A program made the position numbers and the translations under genes. The notes under the pieces were generated by a model. That model saw nothing but the letters and a program-made list of their open reading frames with translations, was not told the origin of the DNA and searched no databases. Below, in pieces: positions 48,000-55,507 of a stretch of DNA of 64,000 bases. Origin of the DNA: an uncultured Clostridia bacterium. Its GTDB lineage: Bacteria; Bacillota; Clostridia; Christensenellales; UBA1242. Numbering within the stretch: the stretch's first letter is position 1; each line of letters opens with the position of its first letter. The stretch covers positions 3,455 through 67,454 of the forward strand of contig CAKVOP010000003.1 in NCBI GenBank assembly GCA_934793215.1. The letters run 5' to 3'.

Positions 48000-48102
48000 A
48001 ATTATTGTTATGCTGTAATTTGCGTCATAATTCCTCAAAAAATGATAAAAGCACGTGTTTAAAGATGGTAAGTGGGGGTAAAAATTGGGGTGAGGTGAAA
48101 AA

Positions 48103-48846
48103 ATGAAAGGTATTTGGAAAGATAGCGAGGTAAAGGCCTTATTTGGTGAGGTTGAAGAAAGCGTAACAAGAGGGAAAAGTTTAAAAAATGCTTTTGATGC
48201 CCACGCAAAGAGATACAAGCGTGCAAGCGGAAGCGTGCGAAATTATTACTATGGAGAGATAGAAAGGCTGAAAAACGACAGCGAGCGTCTTGAAAGACTA
48301 AATATAGATTTGTTGAGGCACGCGAAAACAAGCAGAGAGTATTTTTCAAAAGAAGAGGAAAATACATTTTATCAAAAGGTAAAATGTATGGTTTCGTCTG
48401 GCATGAGCGTAAGAAAGGCTTGCCTTACACTTGCGAACAATGATGGTGCGAAAATGCTACGATATCAAAACAAGTTTAGAGCCCTTTCTAGAAAGAAAGT
48501 TGAAACCAAACCTGATAATATTATCCGCTTTACAAAAAGGCAGACATCTATTACTGATGCTGAAATTCAAGCACTCTTCGCTGGACTTGTAAGGCTTGTA
48601 AAACGCTCCGCACAAGAAGAAGCGGACGCCAGAGCGAAAGAAAGGGAAGAGAGGGCCAACGGAGAACTACGCAAAATGATAGTACTTCTTGGAGAAAGAG
48701 AACGTGAAATAGAAAGGGTAAAAGAAGACTTTGCCTCAATAAAAAAAGAAAACGAAAAATTATTGCAAGGGGCGAGACGCCAAAGTTGTTTGAAAGCAAG
48801 AGTTTTAAACGAAAAATACAAATTAAGTAAAAAAGATAACGCCTAG
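48103..48846 (+). CDS. hypothetical protein with two Myb/SANT-like (RsfA-like) helical repeats and a coiled-coil tail
   Basis: WKDSEVKALF..V......GKSLKNAF...A....R..GSVRNYYY is followed by a second similar unit and then a Glu/Arg/Lys-rich coiled coil. The family call is weak. Confidence 0.4.
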   Translation: MKGIWKDSEVKALFGEVEESVTRGKSLKNAFDAHAKRYKRASGSVRNYYYGEIERLKNDSERLERLNIDLLRHAKTSREYFSKEEENTFYQKVKCMVSSGMSVRKACLTLANNDGAKMLRYQNKFRALSRKKVETKPDNIIRFTKRQTSITDAEIQALFAGLVRLVKRSAQEEADARAKEREERANGELRKMIVLLGEREREIERVKEDFASIKKENEKLLQGARRQSCLKARVLNEKYKLSKKDNA

Positions 48847-48851
48847 ACAAG

Positions 48852-48890
48852 AAGAGTTTGCAAATTAAAGCAAACTTTCTTTTATTTTTT
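48852..48890 (+). terminator. terminator
   Basis: AGTTTGC-loop-GCAAACT followed by a T-rich run. Confidence 0.6.
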
Positions 48891-48914
48891 GTTGATTTAT
48901 GATAAAATGTTTTT

Positions 48915-51900
48915 ATGAAAATGTCTTTATTTACAAATGCAACCATTTTGGACGCCACAAAAGATATGCTCCGCTCGATTGACAAGAGCGATTTTTCACA
49001 AGAGCATATTGTTGTAGTGCCAGACAAATATTCTCTTCAAGCAGAGAAAGCCATTCTCGACCTTTTAGGGGATAGCCTTTTTAATGTTCGCGTTCTAGGT
49101 CTTACAAAACTTGCACATGAGATATTGACTGAAATGGGGGTTAAGTGCGAAGTTGTAAGCGAAGGAGAGAGCCTTTTACTTACTCAAAAGGCAATAGATG
49201 AAGTTGCTGAAGACTTTAAAGTTTTTAAAAGAGGGGATTTTGGGTTTTGTCAAGAAATGAGCAAACTCATAAGCCAACTTAAAAGCTCATGCGTGGAAAG
49301 TGGAGAACTAGCAATCGATGCACAAGGGCTTTCTGGAGGTAAATATCACGATATTAAGCTTGTTTATGACAAGTATAACGAATTTTTGGGGGGCAGATTG
49401 GACGCCAATGGCAAACTTTTGCTTGCCAGCCGTTTTGCCAGTGACAAATCCTTAAAAGACAAGCATTATTACTTTGGATTTTTTGAGGCGTTTACAGCAG
49501 AGGGATATAAATTGCTTGACAGACTTGTAAAATTTTCACAGAGCGTATCTTTTGCGTGTGCAAGCCCTCTATCTATTGGAAATGATTACCTTTATGAAAA
49601 AGATATTAAAGAAAAACTGATAAGGCTCGCAAGTGCAAATGGTGTGACTGTAAGCGTGAAGCAGAAAGTCGAGAGTTTTTCGTCAGTTAAAAATTCTTTG
49701 CTTCGCGGAGTAATGAGTTATGAAAAAGTCAAAATGGAGAATAACGGCTTTTATACACTGTTAGGGGCGGGCGGAATCGAAGAAGAAGTTGATTTTGTTG
49801 CAAAGACAGTCTTTTATCTTTTAAATAAAGGCTATAAGTATAGCGACATTGCAATTTTTGTAAGCGACTTAAATAAATATCAAACTGCAATAAATCGTGA
49901 GTTTGATTTATTTAAATTTGTTTACTTCGTCGACAGCCCAATGTCTGCTGATAAAACACTTGTTGCACGTGCACTTGAATCGCTTTTTGCGGTGGCGGGG
50001 CAGGGCTATCAAAAAGAGCACCTTGTTTCACTTTTTACTAATCCTATATTAAAAAGTGAAATTCTTGTGCAAAAAGTGCTTGTAAAAGAGGTCTCTGGAA
50101 AGCGTGCGTACAAGGTCTATTTAAGTAAAGATTTTAAATACAACTGGTTTTTTGAAAATTTTGACGCTTGCGAATCTGTTAAAGACTACTCATCTCTTGT
50201 CAAAAAGTTTCTTTCCTCTGTTAAAGACGACTTTGATAATTTTTGGAATGAAAAGGAAGACGAGTATCTTAAAGAAGAAAGCATAAATGTTCAAGCCTTT
50301 GACCTAATAGAAGAATGTCTTGACCTATTAGAAAAATATGACTCTTTGATAAGTGCGGACGAATTTGTGTTAAGACTTTTGAGTCTTTTAAAGATGACGG
50401 ACCTTTCGTCGGCCCCTACATACATTGATGGGCTTTCTGTGGGTGATGCGACTAGTTCTAGCATGGACGAAAAGAAGATTGTGTTTATTTTAGGTGGACA
50501 AGATTTGCCATGCCAAGTAAGTGAAAGCGGACTTTTGAGTGATGACGAATTAAAAGAAAATGTTAAAAAAGAGATATCCCCAAGCTTGCGCATGATAAAC
50601 AGAAGAAACCGCTTCAAACTCTTTTCGCTGTTATCGACCGCAAAAGAAAAACTGATTGTGACATATCAAACGCTTAATGAGGAGGGAAAGAAAAACGAAC
50701 TGCCTTCATATCTAACAAGTTTAAATGAGATTTTTTCACAGCGAGCAGAAAAACTTTCTTCTTTTTTGGAAGCAGGCAGTCTATCCCTTTCGGGAAGAAA
50801 ACTGCAAGCGGGCAACAAAGCCAAGTTTATTCAAGAAAATTATGCCTTGCTTTCGGCAGAAGATAAAGAGAAACTCTCAATTAGTATTGAACTTCCTTTT
50901 GACGGGAAATTAAACCGCGTATCTTTAAATGTTGACAAAGAAAGGTTGTTTTTCCCAGATAACCGATTCTCTGCCAGTCAACTTGAAACATATTTCAGTT
51001 GCCCTTTCAAGCATTATGTAAGATATGGACTCAACATAAAGGATAAAAAGCAAAAAGATTTTTCACCAGCAGAGATTGGGAATATTTGTCATAAAATGGC
51101 TGAAATTTTTGTGGAGAAATACGCAAACCTTTTGTCGGCGAGGGCGACGGACGCATTAAAATGCGAAGAAGAAATTAAAGAATTTGTGAGTGAACATTTT
51201 GATATCGTTTTATCTTCTCTTGAATTACAAGAAAAACTTGATGAGTGTGAAGACAAAAAGCAAATTAAAAAGTATTTGAAGTCTTATCTTGTTTCATTTT
51301 TAAAAGATGTCGCAAGGGAGTTAAGCCATAGTTTTCTTACCCCACTAGCACCAGAAAAAGCTGTTTCCCAAATCAATCTTTCTTCGCTTTCTTTAAAAGG
51401 CCGTGCGGACAGAGTTGATGCAGGCAAAGGCTATTTCAAGATTGTGGACTACAAAACAGGCAAAACAAAAGATATTCTTAAAGAACTTTATTATGGAAAT
51501 AAACTTCAGCTGTTTTTGTACGCTGACGCAATAGAAAAAGAAACCGGCTTAACTGCTGGGGGTGTTTTCTATTTTAATGCCAAGTTTGATTATGGATCGA
51601 GCGAGGAAGATAGAAAACTTTTAAAGGGGCTTGCTCGAAATGACGAAACTTTTATTCCGCTTTTAGACTACGACATTGACGCGGAAGGTAAAAGTACAAT
51701 CGTATCCATAGAAAAATCCACGAACCCTAAAAAGGGAGCTTATAAAGGAAGAGCAGTTGCAAGCGAAGACTTTTCTCTTTATCAAAGTTATGCGTTAAAT
51801 GTAGCTTCTCGTGGACTAGAAGAAATTAAAGAGGGATATATTGAGCCAAAACCAAGTTTGGGTGCGTGCGAAAGGTGCTCCTATCGCGGATTGTGTCTGT

Positions 51901-51962
51901 ATAACAGTGAAAATGGCGAGCGCTTAACAAACGGGAAAGTAAGTTTTAGTGAGGAGAAATAA
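48915..51962 (+). CDS. addB: helicase-exonuclease AddAB, subunit AddB
   Basis: 1015 aa, immediately upstream of and coupled to addA. It has a C-terminal RecB-type nuclease (GRADRVD...IVDYKTGK) and Fe-S cysteines (FSCPFKHY; CERCSYRGLC). Confidence 0.88.
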   Translation: MKMSLFTNATILDATKDMLRSIDKSDFSQEHIVVVPDKYSLQAEKAILDLLGDSLFNVRVLGLTKLAHEILTEMGVKCEVVSEGESLLLTQKAIDEVAEDFKVFKRGDFGFCQEMSKLISQLKSSCVESGELAIDAQGLSGGKYHDIKLVYDKYNEFLGGRLDANGKLLLASRFASDKSLKDKHYYFGFFEAFTAEGYKLLDRLVKFSQSVSFACASPLSIGNDYLYEKDIKEKLIRLASANGVTVSVKQKVESFSSVKNSLLRGVMSYEKVKMENNGFYTLLGAGGIEEEVDFVAKTVFYLLNKGYKYSDIAIFVSDLNKYQTAINREFDLFKFVYFVDSPMSADKTLVARALESLFAVAGQGYQKEHLVSLFTNPILKSEILVQKVLVKEVSGKRAYKVYLSKDFKYNWFFENFDACESVKDYSSLVKKFLSSVKDDFDNFWNEKEDEYLKEESINVQAFDLIEECLDLLEKYDSLISADEFVLRLLSLLKMTDLSSAPTYIDGLSVGDATSSSMDEKKIVFILGGQDLPCQVSESGLLSDDELKENVKKEISPSLRMINRRNRFKLFSLLSTAKEKLIVTYQTLNEEGKKNELPSYLTSLNEIFSQRAEKLSSFLEAGSLSLSGRKLQAGNKAKFIQENYALLSAEDKEKLSISIELPFDGKLNRVSLNVDKERLFFPDNRFSASQLETYFSCPFKHYVRYGLNIKDKKQKDFSPAEIGNICHKMAEIFVEKYANLLSARATDALKCEEEIKEFVSEHFDIVLSSLELQEKLDECEDKKQIKKYLKSYLVSFLKDVARELSHSFLTPLAPEKAVSQINLSSLSLKGRADRVDAGKGYFKIVDYKTGKTKDILKELYYGNKLQLFLYADAIEKETGLTAGGVFYFNAKFDYGSSEEDRKLLKGLARNDETFIPLLDYDIDAEGKSTIVSIEKSTNPKKGAYKGRAVASEDFSLYQSYALNVASRGLEEIKEGYIEPKPSLGACERCSYRGLCLYNSENGERLTNGKVSFSEEK

Positions 51963-51963
51963 A

Positions 51964-54900
51964 TTGATTAATGAAAGTAAAAAGCCGAATTTGACAGAAG
52001 AGCAAAAGGCTATACTTGAATCTAACAAGAAAAATTTAATAGTTTCGGCTTCTGCGGGAAGTGGAAAGACTTTTGTTGTGATTGAATATCTAAAACAACT
52101 ATTGCGAGAAAACCATATACCACTTTCAAAAATGCTTGTTCTTACTTTTACCAAGGCGGCAGCGGGAGAAATGAAGTCGAGGCTTGCAAACGCAATTTTG
52201 GAGTGTGACAGAAGCGACTTTTTAACAGAACAACTTGACGAAATCTCACTTGCTGATATTTCCACAATACATGCTTTTTGTGAAAGACTTTTAAAAAGAT
52301 ACACGGGGGTAGTGCCTGTGGCACAAAATTTTATTGTGCTTGACGAAAAAGAATCATGGGCACTTAAAAATCGAGCATTCAAAGATGCGTTTGAAATGCT
52401 GTCACAAAGCAATGATGCCGACTTTGATGCATTTTATAATGCTTTTAAGAAAAATAAAGACCTTATGCTTCAATGTGTTGAGGCGTTGGCAGGGTACCTT
52501 GAAAGTCAAAAAGAAGGGGACGCACTAGCTGATGCGTTTATAAATAATTACGCAAGTTTTTTGGGGCGTGCGGAAAAGTTTTTAAATGATTACCTCGAAA
52601 ATGAATTGCAAGAATGTCTACGTCTGTTGTCAAGATCAAACTATCATGAAATGGAAGAGAATTACTGCTTATATGGTGACAATCTTTTTGGTGCTTTGAA
52701 GACTGATTTGGGTGAAAATTTTGAATCAAACTGCAAAGTCTTATCTCAAATAGACATTGGAAGAATGCCCACAAAAAAAACAGCATTTGAATACGAAAAA
52801 GAAATGCTTTGGCGTGCAAAGGAGCGTTTCGCTAGTCTTCAAAAACTTGTGTCGACCTATGATATTTTTAATGATACTTTTGCCGAACAAGAAAGAAATA
52901 ATTTTACAGCCAAAACTCTTGTAAAACTGTTTAATCAGTACAAAAAGAATCACATTCTTTTAAAAACACAAAGAAGAGCACTTGACTTTTCGGACCTTGA
53001 AAGAAATGCACAGCTGCTTTTGCAAAATGAAGACATATTAAAAGACTTGCAAGATAGATATGCTTACATTTTTATTGATGAATATCAGGACACCAATCCT
53101 TTACAAGAAAGTTTTGTTAAACAAGTTGCGGGGAAAGGGCGTTTCATCGCGGTCGGCGACCCAAAGCAGGGGATATATGGTTTTAGAAATGCAAGCATGG
53201 AAATCATGAAAAACGACATTGAAACATTTTCTGCTAGCGAGGACGCTGATGCACTCTTCTTAAATGGAAATTTCCGCTCTAATGACCATATTTTGCAATT
53301 TGTTAACACAATATTCGAACATTTCATGACAGAAGAAAGTGTGGGAATAAACTATACCAAAACAAGCAAACTTAAAGGACTTACAGAGTTTAAAGATGAT
53401 GGTTTTAAACCTGTCGAAGTCAGCATTATAACGCCTGATAAAGAAGAAACAGAGGTGGCACAAGGGATTTACAGCGTTAAAAATGACACGTTAAAATATG
53501 ACGAGAAAAACTTGCTTGAAATTATGACTATTGCATCTCATATAGAAAAATATTTATCTGGAAGAATCTATGACGCGAAGAAAAAAGAATTTAGAAATGT
53601 AAGTGAAAGTGACATTGTGGTATTGTTTAGAAAGAGAGGCCCTCTTATGGAGCGTCTTGCTTCTTATCTTGAAAATATGGGATATGAGGTGGTGGCGGAT
53701 TATTCTAAACCACTTTTAGAGAATGGAGAAATTGCGTCCATTATAAGTTTTGTGCGTATCGCACTTGCGCTTGATGATGAAGTTTCTCTTGCCTCGGCAA
53801 TGGCAAGTGCGGCGGGGGGATTTTCAGCTGACGAACTTACCTTATTTAAAGCAACGAAAGAAAAGTCATTCATGGCAAATGTTCTTTCGTCGCAAAGTGA
53901 AAAAGTTGTTTCATTTTTTAACAAACTCAAAAAGTTTAAAAATGATATGGATATAGTTGGACTTGGTGAGGCTCTGAAAAAACTTTTAGATGAAAATTAT
54001 TATTCGGTGTACCTTAACTCTCTCGCTAGTGGTGCGGAAACGAAAAGTGCATTATTAAATCTTTTCAAAATTATTAAGAGTGGTGACTACGACTTTAACC
54101 CTCAAAAACTTCTTGATGTTCTTGATGAGAAAAAGCCTATGGGAGGTGGCACTGGTAGTTCGAAGGCTATCACATTGACCACAATCCATGCTACAAAGGG
54201 ACTAGAATTTCCCATTGTCATTTTGGCTGGTTGTGGTGAGAATATGGGTAAGGCCGATATTTCGCCAATTAATTTTTCGCAAGAATTTGGGATTGGGACA
54301 AATCTTTATGATTTTGACAATAATTTAAAATTATCGTCTCTCGCAAAGATTGCAAACAAACTGTCTAAACAGAAAAAAGAATATATAGACGAACTTATGA
54401 TTTTGTATGTTGCTTTGACAAGGGCTCAAAACCACTTGGTCTTGACTGGAACGCTTGCTGGGGATAATTTGAAGAAATTATACTTAAATAAATCTTATTT
54501 ATCTCTAGCCCTTAATGCCTTTGGTGAAAATTTTGCAAGTCAAGTTTTTGAGGAAGGGAAAGTAGAAAAAGAAAATGTAACTTTTTCGCTTATTGACAGC
54601 GTGGAGGAAAAGCCAATTATAGTGCGTAATGAACAAAGCAGGAACGAGGTCGCGAGCATTGATGAAATTAACGAATATATCAACTTTGTCTATCCTGACT
54701 CAAATGCTAATAAAAGATATAAGAATTCTGCAACTTCACTTATGGAAGAAATGACAGTGAAGAAACAACCATCAACGGAGTTCTTGGGTGATTCGCAAAG
54801 TCGTGATGATGCAATAGAAAGTGGAAATGCTTATCACGAGGCACTAAAAATTCTTCCGGTTGAAGAAATAGAAAGTATTGAAGATGTTGACAGGCTTCTC

Positions 54901-55293
54901 ACAAAAGATGATCTTGCTGACGGACGCTACGAAAAGATTAATAAAAATTTGTTGTTTGAAGACATCTTGGTGATAAAGAAAATTGTTGGCAACCAAAAAC
55001 CAATCAAAGAACGGGAGTTTATTATGTTCTGTTCGTTAAACGAACTTGGTCTGGGGGAAAGTGAAGACAAGGTTATTGTGCAGGGGATTGTCGACCTATT
55101 TAGTATGGGTGAGAAAAACATATTAATTGACTATAAATACACTTCACAAAAAAATAGCGAAAAAATAATTCAAAAATATTTTTGTCAAATAAAATTGTAT
55201 GAAAAAGCTCTTGAAAAAGCTTTTGGCAAGAAAATAGATGAAAAATATATTCTGTCCTTAAAAGATGCAAAACTTATAAAAATAGAGGGATAA
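51964..55293 (+). CDS. addA: helicase-exonuclease AddAB, subunit AddA (UvrD/PcrA-type helicase + nuclease)
   Basis: Contains SASAGSGKTFV (Walker A), FIDEYQDTN, GDPKQGIYGFR, TIHATKGLEFP, and the C-terminal nuclease GIVDLF...LIDYKYT. I prefer the TTG start at 51964, 7 nt after GAGGAG. The track uses GTG 51949. Confidence 0.92.
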   Translation: MINESKKPNLTEEQKAILESNKKNLIVSASAGSGKTFVVIEYLKQLLRENHIPLSKMLVLTFTKAAAGEMKSRLANAILECDRSDFLTEQLDEISLADISTIHAFCERLLKRYTGVVPVAQNFIVLDEKESWALKNRAFKDAFEMLSQSNDADFDAFYNAFKKNKDLMLQCVEALAGYLESQKEGDALADAFINNYASFLGRAEKFLNDYLENELQECLRLLSRSNYHEMEENYCLYGDNLFGALKTDLGENFESNCKVLSQIDIGRMPTKKTAFEYEKEMLWRAKERFASLQKLVSTYDIFNDTFAEQERNNFTAKTLVKLFNQYKKNHILLKTQRRALDFSDLERNAQLLLQNEDILKDLQDRYAYIFIDEYQDTNPLQESFVKQVAGKGRFIAVGDPKQGIYGFRNASMEIMKNDIETFSASEDADALFLNGNFRSNDHILQFVNTIFEHFMTEESVGINYTKTSKLKGLTEFKDDGFKPVEVSIITPDKEETEVAQGIYSVKNDTLKYDEKNLLEIMTIASHIEKYLSGRIYDAKKKEFRNVSESDIVVLFRKRGPLMERLASYLENMGYEVVADYSKPLLENGEIASIISFVRIALALDDEVSLASAMASAAGGFSADELTLFKATKEKSFMANVLSSQSEKVVSFFNKLKKFKNDMDIVGLGEALKKLLDENYYSVYLNSLASGAETKSALLNLFKIIKSGDYDFNPQKLLDVLDEKKPMGGGTGSSKAITLTTIHATKGLEFPIVILAGCGENMGKADISPINFSQEFGIGTNLYDFDNNLKLSSLAKIANKLSKQKKEYIDELMILYVALTRAQNHLVLTGTLAGDNLKKLYLNKSYLSLALNAFGENFASQVFEEGKVEKENVTFSLIDSVEEKPIIVRNEQSRNEVASIDEINEYINFVYPDSNANKRYKNSATSLMEEMTVKKQPSTEFLGDSQSRDDAIESGNAYHEALKILPVEEIESIEDVDRLLTKDDLADGRYEKINKNLLFEDILVIKKIVGNQKPIKEREFIMFCSLNELGLGESEDKVIVQGIVDLFSMGEKNILIDYKYTSQKNSEKIIQKYFCQIKLYEKALEKAFGKKIDEKYILSLKDAKLIKIEG

Positions 55294-55307
55294 TCCCTCT
55301 TTTTTTG
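55284..55307 (+). terminator. terminator after addA
   Basis: AGAGGGA-TAA-TCCCTCT followed by a T7 run. The hairpin spans the stop codon. Confidence 0.8.
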
Positions 55308-55507
55308 TTCGATTAACTTATAATTTAGTAAAAACACATTAAAAATGTCAAAAAAATAATTAAAAGGAATAAAGTAATAAATTTATTAAAAATAAATTTT
55401 AAATTAATTAGAAAAAAATAATAAAAAATATTGCGAAAAATCACTATTTTTGTTGGTAAAAAAATGTTTTCTGTGTTATACTAAAATCGAAAATAAAGGA
55501 GAAAGAA

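Noticed and set aside
48000-48367. Upstream extension of the 47160 ORF to 48218, and the 102-aa ORF at 48059-48367
   Set aside because: The extension is Pro/Phe/Ser-rich nonsense that overlaps the divergent 48103 gene and its RBS. The internal ATG at 47999 gives a sensible start.
43547-48900. Direct repeat of the tRNA-Leu 3' end (attR) marking the far island boundary
   Set aside because: I scanned by eye for CTCCTGTTATCCGCACCA-like sequence. Only 8-9 nt chance matches turned up (for example 45888 and 48511). I could not support a boundary, so none is reported.
51924-52412. 162-aa minus-strand ORF
   Set aside because: It is antisense to the addB-addA junction. The AddA helicase motifs fix the coding strand.
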